64,000 bases of DNA from the human T2T-CHM13v2.0 reference genome, Homo sapiens: the NCBI RefSeq assembly GCF_009914755.1, contig NC_060930.1; one strand, 5' to 3'. Position 1 is the first letter of the stretch; every line of letters begins with the position of its first letter. This document shows, piece after piece, positions 28,098-42,890 of the stretch. A program made the translations under genes and the position numbers. Under the pieces are notes generated by a model, which did no database searches, was not told where the DNA came from, and saw nothing but the letters and a program-made list of their open reading frames with translations.

Positions 28098-28648
28098 TCA
28101 CATTTCAGTTAATGCCTTACTTTCCTTCATTTGTTAATAATACTTATCTTTTCCCTTTTCTTCAGTTCTGCTTTCAAGTTAGACTTTGATTCTTTCTCTC
28201 AGGTCTCTCCATGTCTTGGAAAGCCCTAACTTATTCAAACATCCTACCCTTTACACACAAGCACACACACACCCTTATCCATGACTGCTTTCTGTTAGTC
28301 ACACAGAAGACTGGAAGTCAACTCTTCCTGCACACTAATCACTTCTCTGCTCTCTTTTCATTCTCTTGACATGAGGGACAAATTACTTTCTGTTCCACCT
28401 CACTTGGCCAAATCTGGCAAATAAAGATTACAGCTACTCCATACATGTTCCCAGGGAGTGTGCAAACAGATAGAGTCCTTTCCCACTGGAAGCCTCGCTG
28501 GACACTATTTGACATCAACAGTTGATCTCCCAACATGAATGTATCTCCTGGGTTTTATGTCCTCTAATTCAGTCCTCTTCAATGAAGTAATTTCTTTCTT
28601 TGGTTCAAAACATTTAAGTAAATGGCTTTAAATAAAAAACCCTACATA

Positions 28649-29075
<427 letters not shown>

Positions 29076-30929
29076 TTATTCACGTGTGATTGCTAATGTT
29101 TATAATTGTATAATGCAATGTGGCATCTGATGCTGTTTAGTGTGTTTCCCTCATTGACCCTCTGGTGACTGCTCCACAGGCCTAAGTGACTTTGAGGTCC
29201 GTGCTACCTCAAGGACAAGTGACATGCCTTGCTTGCCCCTGGTCAGCACCTGAGCTTCTGCTGTTTGTAGCACTGCTGTTTGCCTTATGGGTGGCCTGAT
29301 ATTTTGTCTGTCATATTTGAAGAGGCTGAGTCAGCCACCGTGGAGCTCATCTGGCATTTTCAGCACCCCTCACAATCATTTCTGTAGCAATTGATGAGCT
29401 CAACCATGTGGCAATTAGACTGGATGATTAAAATAGTCAAGCTCTCTATATCTGTGACCCTGTGATAGTTTTTTCAATGTGCAGCTTTTTTCTGTGTGTG
29501 GATTTGTCTCCCAGCAGATTACTCAGGCCAGGGGAACCTTTGTGCTCCACTGGGTTTTCCCAGCAGTTGTTGGTGCACATCTTCCCACATTATTTAAGAT
29601 TGTTTTTCTCGGGTGTCGCAAAGGATGGCCCTGGTCTGTTTTTCCCGAAGGTGCGCCTTTTCAGTGCATCGTGTAACATGATTTAGATTCTGGTGCATGA
29701 GCTTGCAAGTGTGTGTACATGTCTGTGCTGTGTGTGGGGATGTGTTTAAACCCAAAGAATATAGTCGTAATGAGCCTGACTTCAGGCCAGGGTATTGACT
29801 GCCTTTCAGAACATCTTAATTGATAGCCATGCTTTGCCATTTGATGTTAGCTATGACTCACAGGGGCTGCTAATGAAATGGAGGCAGAGGCTGAGTGTGT
29901 TCCCCAGGTCTCACACCTCTATAGTAGATTGAACCATGCAGTCCCGTTATTTTCCGAATGTTTAGCTCAATCTGGAGCTTGATGCCATTTAGATGCCAAA
30001 TTGTGCCCACTTTTTTCTGTTATTTTTTTCTCAGTGTCTTGACAAGCCATGCCAGTCAGTTGTGTCAGATATCAGTGACAACTTCTTCCGTAATGCAAAT
30101 CAAGATTTTTCAGTTAGAGGCAATCCTGCTGGATCAAAGAGATGGATCATTTTTGTTCTGTTATCTTGCATTCTGTAAAAATAATCTACAACTTTTTGCC
30201 TGTGTGTGTGTTTTCAGGGAAACATCATCAACTAGCTACAATCTCTGAATGCTTGTCTTGAAGAGTTATAAAAGTCTGCCGTTTGTGGAGGTGGGAAAGT
30301 GTGCCAAGGACTAATGGACCTTTAAGATTGGAAGGGACTTGGGGATAGCTTCTAATCTAATAGCAATTCTAAGCATGCCCCAGTGCCACTGTTTGATGAA
30401 TGAGAGCTACCCTTAAACATCTTGGGAAATCTAGGTGAGTGGACCTCAAGTCCTAAACTTCAACGTGAGTGATAGCACTAACCTGCCCTGTCCCCAAATC
30501 ACAGAACTATAGAAATGCCTCTGAGTGAATAACAACCCATCCTCCTTGACTTTCTGTGTGAGCAGCTTTTACGCACTGGCCTTAGACACAACCACATCTC
30601 TTGTAATTCCAGTTTCTGCATGTGTTTACCTTCCTTAGCAACCACCTAGTCCTTTGTAATCTGGCTGGGCTCCATCACTGTGCTGAAGCTGCTCTCTCCA
30701 CGGCCCTCATATCTAACGACCTCCCTGATGACATCATTGCCCTTGACTAGAGCTAGAATGCTGACTCTGAAAACTCTCATGCCTTGGTTTCCATCCATGC
30801 CCCTCCTCTGATCTCTTCCTACCTCAGAGCTCACTTTGTGTGCTCTTCTCGGCAACTTCTGTCCTTGGCCTCGGCCCCCTCGTTGATGACCTCAGCCTAT
30901 GAGTGGCTCATCTAATGTCCCACTGTAGC

Positions 30930-32450
30930 ATGCGCATTCCTCACTTCCACCTGCCAAGTAGGAATTTCATCCTCCTGCAAAGGTCACCAGAGCCATGATC
31001 TGCCCATCTTCCTCCTGAGTCATCTGTGCCAGGATTCTGCTGAATATGCTTGTGCACCATCCTCCAGGTCACCTGGACTCTTGTGAATGGGCTCCTCATG
31101 TCAAACAGTGTGGAAGAGGGAAACCAGGACAGCATGGTGTCATGGAAGGCAAGGAGAAGGAGAGTAGTAAGTAAGTAGTGGCAGGTGCTCCAAGAGGGCA
31201 AGTAAGATGGGCCAAAAATGGCCAGATGGATTTTTCAACAAGAAGACTGTTGGCAGAAGTCTCAGTGGAATAGGTGGGGAGGTACAGGAGTCTGATTTGG
31301 GGGTGTGTGAGTGAAACGAGGAAATGGAGACTAGGTGAGTATGCATAACATGGATAATTCTCTCAAGACATTTGGCTGGGAAGAGGAGAATCAAGTTGGA
31401 GGAGTAGGTATAAGAATAAAAAGTTTTCTTTCTTTCTCTTTTAGTGATAGGAGAGGCTTAAACCTGTTCAAATATTGGTGGGAAGGAGAGAGAAAGATAG
31501 AAAAGGGGTTGTGGGAGGAATGAAGGAGGGAGAGAGAGCTCAACAATCCCAGGGAGGAGGTAAAAGAGGCAGGAGGAGGTGGACACAGCACTCACAGATG
31601 GAGAAATGTGCTCCAGGCAGGCGGCACCTCGCACACTGTAACAAGAGTAATAAGGAAGGAAAGGGCATAGATGCTTATGGTGATGGAGCATAGGTAGGCT
31701 TGCTGGCAAGAAGTTAAGGGCATTCCCATTTGATGCTTTCTACTCTCTGTCTGAAGCAGGAGGTGAGGTCCTCTTGAAAGCAAGAAGATGTTGGTGGAGA
31801 GATTTTTAAAAGAGTGGTGGAAGTTTGAGAAAGAGGGCAGATGAGGGGGACAGGGAAGGACTGATAAGTGGCCTTGAGAATTCTGTTGAGGCTCTTCATG
31901 GTGAACTGTGGTGATGGTGGCTGTGTGATGGTTTCTAGTTTCATTCAGCAGCCTTGTATAGACGTGAGAGAGGGGGGCATTTGGATTCATCTGGGATTGC
32001 GGTTTTGCCAGGCAAGAGATGAAAAGGATGGATCTGAACTAAACAGGGAAGTAAATGAAGAAAAGGGATGGAGTTGAGGAGAAGGTCATAAAAAATGATG
32101 AGGCCAAAGGTCTGAGAGGTCAGATGCTGAATGGGGTACTGGAGAGACCCAGGTGTTGTCAGAGTGCTTAATGGGTCGCAGCAGATGGGTATATGGCAAG
32201 GACAATGAGAGGAGGGACATGTGGCCAGAGGCTGTGGTTGTCAATGCAGCAGAAATTCCCTTAAAGGGTGGAGGAACAGCTGGGAAGGACAAGGTCTTTA
32301 GGGTTGAGCCGGGGCAACCTGGCGGAAGGTGGAAAGAACATTCTGTGAAAAGGTGGAAAATATGAGAGTTTGTCAACAGAGGGAACATTGGAAAGGTTTG
32401 CGAGAGAGGGGAGAAGTGGGAGGTTGGTTAAAGGGAAAGGAAGCATAAAC
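30930..32450 (-). mobile_element. Diverged L2-like fragments
   Basis: Purine-rich sequence with L2-like motifs such as tggtgtcatggaaggcaagg; boundaries uncertain. Confidence 0.5.
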
Positions 32451-32757
32451 TAGCTCAAGGAAAAGATAGTTCAGGGCAGAAATTACATTTTTAAATGGGT
32501 TTAGCTGATCCCAGCCTTGCTAAGACAGGTAGTCCCAACTCTCCTGTTTATACCGAAGTTTTACTGGAGCCAATTATGTCCTGGATTAGTCATTTCAGAG
32601 AAGGTGTGTGTCTCAAGGGGCCCTGGAAAGAGTCAGCTTGTACTAGTGACAGTCTTCTTAATATTGTGCCTGTACTCTTCCCACTTGTCAAACTTGTTCT
32701 TAAAACAACTGTGCATCAGTGACTGTCAATGACTTGTCTGCAGAGCTTTTTACGGGG

Positions 32758-33890
32758 CAGTGGTTCTCACACCTGCCTCCACAGTAAAATCACCCAGGGA
32801 GCTTTTAACACATACTACTGCCTGGGGCCCCAGAACAAGTATATCAGAATCTCTAGGGATGAGCCCTCTAGAATCCATACAATCAATTTTCTTTTCTTTT
32901 CTTTTTTATTTTACTTTAAGTTCCGGGATACATGTGCAGAACGTGCAGGTTTGTTACATAAGTATACATGTGTCATGGTGGTTTGCTGCACCTATCATCT
33001 AGGTTTTAAGCCCCGCATGCATCAGCTATTTGTCTTAATGCTCTCCTTCCCCTTCCCCCACCAATAGGCCTCAGTGTGTGTGTTCCCTTCCCTGTGTCCA
33101 TGTGTTCTCATTGTTCAACTCTTACTTGTGAGTGAGAACACGCGGTGTTTGGTTTTCTATTCCTGTGTTAGTTTGCCGAGGATGATGGCTTCCAGCTTCA
33201 TTCATGTCCCTGCAAAGGACATGATCTCATTCCTTTCTATGGCTGCATGGTATTCCATGGTGTATATGTACCACATTTACTTTATCCAGTCTATCATTGA
33301 TGGACATTTGGGTTGGTTCCATGTCTTTGCTATTATAAGTAGTGCTGCAATAAACATATGTGTGCATGTGTCTTTATAGCAGAATGATTTGTATTTTTTT
33401 GGGTATATACCTAGTAATGGGATTGCTGGGTCAAATGGTATTTCTGGTTCTAGATCCTTGAGGAATTGCCACACTGTCTTTCACAATGGCTGCGGAGAAA
33501 TAGGAATGCTGTCACACTGTTGGTGGCAATAAATTTTCTGAAAAGCTTCCTTGGTCATTCTAATGAGTGAAGAACCTTGACCTTGGACCTTTGCTACCCA
33601 GTATGTGGTCCACCAGCCAGCAGCGTCTGTATCACCTGGGAGCTTGATTGAAATGCAGAATTTCAGGCCCCACTCTTGATCTACCTACTGAATCAGAACA
33701 TGCACTTTTAGTACATTCCCCCTCCTCAGGTGATTCCCATGAACATTAAAGTCTGAGAATCCCTGCCTTAAAACAAATCTGGTGCCTGGGTTCCACCTCC
33801 AGAGATTCTGATTGTATTTATCTGAGCTGTGACTTGGGAATTGGGAGTTTTAGAAGATTCCTGGGTGTCTCTAATTTTCAGCAGTTTAAT
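32758..33890. mobile_element. Cluster of MER5-type hAT-Charlie fragments, the first split by the L1PA
   Basis: cagtggttctca..., atcacctgggagcttgattgaaatgcagaatttcaggcccc, and caggtgattc. Confidence 0.75.
32893..33526 (-). mobile_element. 5'-truncated, 5'-inverted primate L1PA
   Basis: Antisense L1PA 3' end (tactttaagttccgggatacatgtgcagaacgtgcagg...) with ORF2 C-terminal peptide WQFLKDLEPEIPFDPAIPLLGIYPK. Inverted piece at 33491-33526; TSD caat(c/a)aattttct. Confidence 0.93.
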
Positions 33891-34499
33891 GTCCCTGCCT
33901 TACAGCAAAGAACCGGGGAAGGTGCTTGGTGCATTTTTATTCAACGGGGTTGACCAACCCTATCTTTGTTTAATGATTTCTGACCTTTGGTTTAATTTAC
34001 CAATGAACTACATTTGCTTCTCATTTGGGGGAAAAACTGCCTGTCTTAAACTCGTGGCAGGAACATCATTTCTCCTCATCTTCAAAGATGCTGCTGGGAA
34101 GCTTAGTAACTGATTAGACAGGAAATACTGCACAGCCTAAGGCCTATTGCATAAGGACCAGTTCATTTATTAAAGAAAAGAAAATGTTGCTTATTTTTAG
34201 TGTAAATCATTACAAAATGCCAACCAACTCCTTATAAATTTGAGAAGAGCAATCTTCCTGATTAGTTATTTCTTTCACCTTTTCTAAGACCTTGTATGAA
34301 ATGATATTTAAAGCACTCTTCAGCTTTCTTTAAGCCAGCTGATTGCACAAGTCAAACAACAGCCGTGAGTGTGTTGAACTGTTGGATTACTACTATTATA
34401 GGAATGGACACATAACAAGTGTTACTTTAGACCTGAGTTTCCAAAGTATAATCCTAGCTTAAAAGGGAATTTTTTAAAAGAAAGAAAACAGGAAACTGT

Positions 34500-35282
34500 A
34501 TTGTATTGGGAGGAGGCTGGAGGGGAGATGAAAAAAATCATTTGGATTTTGTGTGTGTGGGTAAGTGGGGGGTAGCTGTCTATAACTTTCATTAAGTGTT
34601 TTTTTTTCTTCTCTTTATAAAGTAAGCTGCAGGCTTTGGGTTGGCAAACCCCAGGGGGATGCAGAAATCTGAGGCTGCTACCTTTTTATCTGCCTTCACG
34701 GTACTGTCCTCTTCCCCCAGCTCCTCCCTGACCCTATGGACCAGGCCTCAGACTTTCCAGCTAACTGCTTCCTGTGAGCCACTACTCTGATATCAGCCTA
34801 TAACCAAAGGAGCTGGGGGGTCCAGGCTTGGTGACCAACCCTTCTCAGCCCACTCAATCAGGGTGCCTCCCACCTGCAGGCAGGAGGCAACACCCTGTCT
34901 GCTACCATCCTCCCCTTCCAGAGCCCACCTGCCTGCCCAGCCCTGCCCTGCCCTGCCCAGTCGAGCCATACCTTGCTTTGTCCCACCTGGGGGTGCCCTG
35001 CTCAGGGATGGGCTGGCAGGGCTGCACTCAGCTTCTCTGGTAAGCAGAGATTCAAGAAACCTCTGGGGTCTTGTTTTCTGGTCGTGTGATCCCAGGGGTG
35101 CACATGTTCCCCTTGGGTGTCTGAACAGAAGGGCCTGGGAGGGAGGGCCACACCCCTGCAGTCTTGCTGTGCTGGTGTAGTGGGCAGCTGCCTACCCCCA
35201 TCCCACCCTGCACTGTGGGCTCCAGAATCGGCAGATTAAGCATTTTATAAATTGTATTTTAGATACATATTTCAAACTTGTG
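34500..35282 (+). pseudogene. Probable retrocopy of an mRNA 3' UTR (no coding part); parent uncertain
   Basis: GC-rich unique-looking block in an AT-rich intron, not resembling any TE I know. Ends in an mRNA-terminus-like AT-rich stretch (cattttataaattgtattttagatacatatttcaaacttgt). ttttttaaaa motifs lie on both sides (about 34470 and 35285). Confidence 0.55.
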
Positions 35283-35589
35283 AGTTTTTTAAAAAGAACA
35301 AGCTTGACAAGTGTTTTAAGAAGTCATTATGCTTTATGGGTTTGAGGGGGAAGAATTTTTTTTAAAGCATCTGATTTAGACCACATGTAACTCAGATGTT
35401 TAAATAATCAAATCACCTGTTTTCATGTGGGTGGTTTACTCTCATGAAGAATAGAAGGTTACTATTGTTGAAGATTTTCCCCAACTTTTTGTTTCTCCCT
35501 TTGGAGTTAAACATATGAACATAGGAATCATTTTTGCACCACTGATGATTGAAATTTGGTTTAGGAATTATTAAAACTAAATTGTGCCA

Positions 35590-35902
<313 letters not shown>

Positions 35903-36924
35903 AAAACTAAATTGTGCCAAAACAAAAGTACTGCTTTCAAGCTCTTATAGAGAAAAATATATCAATAGTCTTTAAAAATTATACAGGCTTCAAAAAATCA
36001 GCTTTTCATTCCATTAGACTTGCTATCAGTCTACAAGAAAGATGGCCATTCATTTTTTAAATTCAATAATGAACAGTTCATTGGATTTGCTACCCTTTGA
36101 GTGCTGCAAGGATCATGCTCTCTTTAGGAAGCAGAGACAAAATGATCAAGACTTGAAAGGACAGGTATCTTCTCTACGTTCTCTGAACATGGGAATGGCC
36201 CATTAACGTTTCCTATCTCCACTCTCAGACTGCAAATATATTTAACATTTTCCTTTCTTAATAGTACAAGGTAATGTAAGTGTGTTCTAGAGTCCACCTC
36301 CTGGCATTGCTAAGCATTAGGAGACTTATGGCTGAAGTCAGCTGCCCAACATCATTCCCATTAGGGAGTGCCTCTCCCCATTAGGGAGAAGATAAGACAT
36401 GATGTCTCCTTATTTTCACTAGAGTTTTTCAGAGCTCTGATGATGGCTTAAGTCTTTGTAGCAGATGTGCTAAATAAGCGAGAATCCAGCTCTATCCTCC
36501 TCTGGCACCTATGACATTGTCTTGGTCATTGTCTAGCCACAAGGAATGAGGTCAAATTTGCAGTTTAGCTGGAACTTTAAATGTTATAGGAAAATTTAAT
36601 TATTCAACTTGTACAAATGGATGGTTAAGACCAGGATTCATGCCTTGTACATTATGACCTTGTAGATTCATAGATCAGTAATGAATCTTAAAACATCATA
36701 AAATAGGGTTGATTTAATTCCAAGTCCACAAAACCCTACTAGGATATACAGTGTCTAATACATGGATGCACGCTGAATGTTGAATGGTGAAAATGACATT
36801 TTCATGGAGTGCCTTAGAATGGAGAATTGGGTTTTATTATTTTTGTCATATATACCATTGACTGGAAAACACACCACATGTTTTACTGCTAAAGTATGGG
36901 AGCCTGGATGTTTAAAATGGAAGT

Positions 36925-37055
36925 TGCCTGGCACAGTGGCTCGCATCTGTAAACCCAGCTACTCCAGAGGCTGAGGTGGGAAGATCACTTGAGCCCAAGA
37001 GTTTGAGACCAGCCTGAGTAACATAGCAAGACCCTGTCTCTAAAATAATAAAAAA
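36925..37055 (+). mobile_element. Free left Alu monomer (FLAM)
   Basis: Single arm plus A-rich tail; TSD-like ggaagt on both sides. Confidence 0.85.
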
Positions 37056-38925
37056 GGAAGTCAACATACTCACATGCTGATCAAATCCCCTGAAGTGACT
37101 CCACACAGAGCACAGGCATTGACCAGCCATTGCTACCAGGCAAACTTCCACTACATTTCCTGCCTCCTATACTTAACATTTTGTATCATAAAACCAGTCT
37201 CTCCTACTAGGCACTCGGTTTCATGAAACTATAGCTTTATAAGAATCTTCTATAAAAGTCCTTCACTCAGCTGCTTTGGTTGATTGGTCAACTCTTCTTT
37301 TGGGTTAATGCAAAGGCCCTTCTTTACCACACCTAATCCTATTTTAGTGGGCACTCCGAGTAAATGTGTCAAGATGCAAATAAAGCCAAACCATTTGAAT
37401 TTTTATTTAAATTTTCAGTGGCTTCTCTCCATCCACAGACTTAAGTCCAAACTCTGACCTTGAAAAATCACTGCTGTATCTTCGTTCTAACCTTATCTGC
37501 TGTCACTGACTCCACACTCTCTCAGCCATCCATGTGTGTGTGTGTGCTGTTCCTTTACCTGGAATTGCCCCATCTGGCAAACTCCTATGTAGCTCTCAAG
37601 AGTCATCTTCCACTTCATCTTCTCAATTACGCTTTCCCTGAGTTGTCTTCCCGAGTAGTTAACTTTGTTCACGCCTTTTTTCATAATGACAACGTTGTGT
37701 CAATGTCCAGCCTCCCCCACACTCCCTCTGGACTGAGCTCCTTGAATGTGGGGCCCATGGATGGCCTCTTCATCTTTGTGGTCATCCCACATAGTGCAGG
37801 GCTTGGTACATGGTGGCCACTTCAGCAAGGTTTGACAGAGCAATGAAAGCATGACCATATGAGTGCCTCTCCAAGTGTCTCATTTAATAATGGGGAGAAC
37901 TTGACTCAGTAAAGCCAGGCTAGGACCTATTCTTTCTTTCCAACTCCAAGGGATCTCGACTCAGTGCTTATAATTATGCCTTGCAACTCTCCCCTCCCCC
38001 AACTCCCATTCAAACCTGATAAAATGTTCACTTTTGTGTTGTTTTGTGCATACATTGGTATGTGCTGGTTTGGTTCTCAGAGCTCACTAATCTAGGAGTA
38101 GCGGGAACACACACATTATAAAATTTTACTCATTGGAGAGCTTTATGATTTTTAATATTTACATGGAGGCCAAAATAAAATATGTAGATCATAAATATGT
38201 TTTCTTAAGGTTTTGAAGTCCAGTTTGAAGTTTAGGATATTTTTTTCTAACATTGATTGTTACTCTCCAAGAAAGGCTTATCTTATTGAATTGAATGCAT
38301 GGTTTGCAAATATTAACTTTAAAGAAAAGCCACAGTGTACGTAACTGCATATTGTCTTAAAATCACTGTATTATGCACATTAAAATATGTAGCTTTCCTT
38401 TCCAGGGTGATTGCTTTGTTTGGTCAAATTGAAAGTCAGGTTTTCTATTTTGGCATTATGCCTTATTTCCCTAGACTAAATGAAATTGTTCCATTATAGC
38501 AAATAGAAGCTTGATAATGGTTTGATTCAAGGCTAATTGGAATGCTATTCTCAGAATATTTCACCATTCCGATCTTATTCCTCAATATTATATTTTCAAA
38601 TAGAGACTGTGAGCTAGAATTGGGTTACAAGCCTTTAAGACTTGAGCAGCTGAAATCTCAGGAGAGTTTCAAACCAAGGCCCAGTTTGAAGTATAAACAG
38701 TACTGCTTTCCTGCTGTCAGCAGGCGAGAAAGATTTAGCTCATTGCAGGTCCCCACAGAAACGAAACACTGAGACAAATGTCTCCCCTGGGGTTTGGCCT
38801 CAACTCCTTTTGAGATGGATGTGTAGTTTGGAGATTGATAAGCAAGTAACACTTAACATTGCTTCCTTCTTGTTTTTAAAGCAGATTGCAACAAGGCTTC
38901 AACATCTCTTCTTTTTTTCTTTAAG

Positions 38926-39047
38926 GCTTCCTCACAGCAATGAGGCAAGAAGTGACCCGTGCCCACAAAGGCTGGGCACTGGACACTGTGACCATCCACA
39001 ATGAAGTTCTGAGACAGACCAAGGAGGAGATCACGTCACCCCCTGGG
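38926..39047 (+). CDS. DNAH8: DNAH8 penultimate coding exon
   Basis: Acceptor ctttttttctttaag|GC and donor GGG|gtaggc; 122 nt. Encodes (G)[40 protein letters not shown], in phase with both neighbours. Confidence 0.95.
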
Positions 39048-39318
39048 GTAGGCGTTGCTGGGCAATAGCAGGGACCATTCTGGAGCCAGAGCTGAAATTT
39101 CAAGTTCTGCTTAAAACTGAGCTATGAGTGCCTTGGTTAGGTCCATTTGCTTTGCAGTGAGGGTTCCCTCCGTCATAGCCAGAAGACATCAGTGCCAAAG
39201 CCTCCCCCATCTGCCAGAGTGGAAGATTAATGACAAGGTCTAATGAGCTCTTAGAACTCCGTAGACTACATTTCTACAAAATTACAAGTTACACTTGTGT
39301 TTGCTAAAAAGGCTTTTT

Positions 39319-40268
<950 letters not shown>

Positions 40269-40394
40269 TTAGGTGTGGTGCTGGACCCCATGTAGACTCT
40301 CAGTAAATCAGTCTCCCTTTCCCTTTCTCTGATTTTCATTCCCTCATTTGTCAAGTAAGGGGGCTGGACCAGATGATTTCCAAGTTCTAGCCAA

Positions 40395-41055
40395 GTTCCC
40401 TGCCACCTTATAACGAGGGCCACGTTTCCTTCAGTTTCCAGTATTATCTTCCACATTCCTGTCTGAGGCCTCACCAGAAGCACCTTAACCTCCAGGTTCC
40501 CACCAACAATCTCTTTTAGGCAGTTTCAAAATTCCTCCAGCCTCTCCCCATTATGCAATTCCAGAATACCTTCCACATCTGTAGGCATTTGTTACCACAG
40601 CATCCTGCTTCCTGGAATCAAAATCTGTGTTCCTTTCCAAAGGCTGTCATAACAAAGTATCATTACCTTGGGTGGCTAAAAACAACAGAGATCTATTCTC
40701 TCATTGCTTAGGAGGCCAGAAGTCAAATCAGGGTAGGGTTGGTTTCTACTGGAGGCCCCAAGGGAAAATCTTGTTCTAAGCTTCTCTCTTCGCCTCTGGT
40801 GGTTACTGACAATCTTTGGCTTTCCTTCATCATTACAATCTCTGCCTCCATTCTCACATTCATCTGTATAAGTATATATATCTCTGTGTCCTCTCCTCTT
40901 CTTATAAAGTTACCAGTCACATTGGATTTAGGACCTACCTTAATTCAGTATGTCCTTATCTAAACAATGTGTGCAAAGTCCCTATTTCCAAATAATTACA
41001 TTCTAAGGTTCTGGGTGGACATGAAGTTTTGGGTGACACTATTCTATCTACCACA
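40395..41055 (-). mobile_element. MLT1-type MaLR LTR (about 40625-41055) with probable adjoining internal remnant
   Basis: ggctgtcataacaaagtatc...gggtggctaaaaacaacagag...ttggatttaggacctacc; MaLR-internal-like sequence at 40395-40620. Confidence 0.75.
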
Positions 41056-42488
41056 CCTTCTCACTGACTTTTTAAAGTTCTGAGGCTGAAAGCACCCTGG
41101 AGAGGGATACAATTTACCATATGATGGCTTTTAAGTGGTCCCATTATTCATGTAGTTGATTGTCACCCACTGAGTTAATGATGGTAACCATATGTCCTGA
41201 TTTTCTGGGACTGCCCGTGGTTTTACTGTCAAATCATGTGCCTCCGTTTTTGGTTCAAAAAACACAGTCCTCACACGGTGAGCCCCCACAGGGGGATTCC
41301 AGAAACACTTTGCAATGAATCTTACTGTCTTTCGTTCTAATCAGCATTTACTTCCCTGATCCGATCCTCACTGGAGATGGAAAAACGGTCACCATCCTCT
41401 ACATTTACCTATTTGGTGAGCTGGCATGATTGTTGGAGCCTCCCCTGTGATTCTCCTTCAGCCTTTCTTTTTTTAGTGAATACACTGCCTACAGGATCCA
41501 GTTTAAACTCTTCAGCTTAGCACCCAGATCCTTCCACAGTCAACCCCTGACTTCTTTTACAACCATCGAGCCCTCTGATAAAGGAAATACTGGGGCTTTT
41601 CCGGCTCGCCCTGCCTTTCTTTGTAGTGTTACTTCTGCCTGTGATGCCTACGCTCTCTCCTCTGTCTTTCCAAACACAGCCCCCTGCTGCAAGCCCATCA
41701 AGGCCCATCAAGGCCATCCCCTCTACAGAGGCTCCTGAGCACTCCAGCCACAGGGACCTTGCCTCAGAATTCACCGCCCTCACCCCCAGAACAGTTCACC
41801 GGGCACCACCAGTAACAAGTGTGTGCTGCTATTCAATTCTTATCTTTAAAAAACTTTTCTGCACCTATGCATCTTATCTCCCTGATTTAATGATGAGGAA
41901 CCCCAGGGTAGGGCCTATTGTATGAGAGAGACACTGGGGAGGGTGGCCAGATGCTGCCCTGGCCATGATTCCCCTGGCTCTACCATGCCTGGCCTCTGGG
42001 GGCGCTCTGACTCTCCCGCTAGCTGGGCCTGGCTGTGGAAACCTCACTTCATCCTGTGACTGAGATGAAGTTGAGACACAGGTTGGTTGGCCGGGGGCAG
42101 GCTGAGATCCCACCTGACAGCAGCTCTAGATCCTGTTCCATGCTCCCACCTTCCACCAACTCAAACCAGACCTCTCAGAGACTTTCACCTCCCTATAGAG
42201 GTGATCTGGTGCTACCGGCTAAGCCTGTTGCTCAGGGAGGCCACCCCACACTTAAATAACTAATAACAAACACGAACATCTCTACAGCACTCATAGCCTC
42301 AACACAGGCTGCAGGAGAAAACTGGGCTCAGTATTTCACGAATGCAATGTACCCGGTGGTGCTTTCTCCCTTTGGTAGTGTTTTAAGACTGGTGTGTGTT
42401 TTATTTCCAAACTGACAGCCTTTATGACTAATTTTGCAGCACCTAGTTTAAAAAATAAATCCTATTACCTTATGCTTGACTCTTCCAG

Positions 42489-42776
42489 GAAGGTGTGTAT
42501 ATTTATGGGCTCTACATGGATGGAGCAGCCTGGGACAGACGGAATGGGAAGCTCATGGAATCCACCCCCAAGGTACTCTTCACGCAGTTACCCGTGCTCC
42601 ACATCTTTGCCATTAACTCCACGGCACCCAAGGACCCCAAGCTGTATGTGTGTCCTATTTACAAGAAACCCAGGCGAACTGATTTGACCTTCATCACTGT
42701 GGTATATTTACGAACAGTGTTGTCCCCGGATCACTGGATCCTGAGAGGAGTGGCCCTTTTGTGTGACATCAAGTAA
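42489..42776 (+). CDS. DNAH8: DNAH8 terminal coding exon
   Basis: Acceptor gactcttccag|GAA. Encodes [16 protein letters not shown]...[41 protein letters not shown], the typical axonemal dynein C-terminus ([10 protein letters not shown]). The ...LLCDIK end and adjacency to GLP1R identify DNAH8. Confidence 0.97.
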   Translation, partial: EGVYIYGLYMDGAAWDRRNGKLMESTPKVLFTQLPVLHIFAINSTAPKDPKLYVCPIYKKPRRTDLTFITVVYLRTVLSPDHWILRGVALLCDIK

Positions 42777-42890
42777 GTTCATTTCCATCTGCTCAGGGCA
42801 CCAGAACCCACATAGACAGCCTGTGCTATTGAGGGACTCAGTGATGTGTGTGTCTTTTCTCCCCAGTAATTCCTTAATTACTCTTTCTAC

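Noticed and set aside
33277-33474. Minus-strand ORF WQFLKDLEPEIPFDPAIPLLGIYPK
   Set aside because: C-terminal fragment of L1 ORF2p in a truncated L1PA; not an independent gene or an active element.
41989-42007. CTCF-like tggcctctgggggcgctc
   Set aside because: One base short of the motif spacing and lacks the conserved AG.
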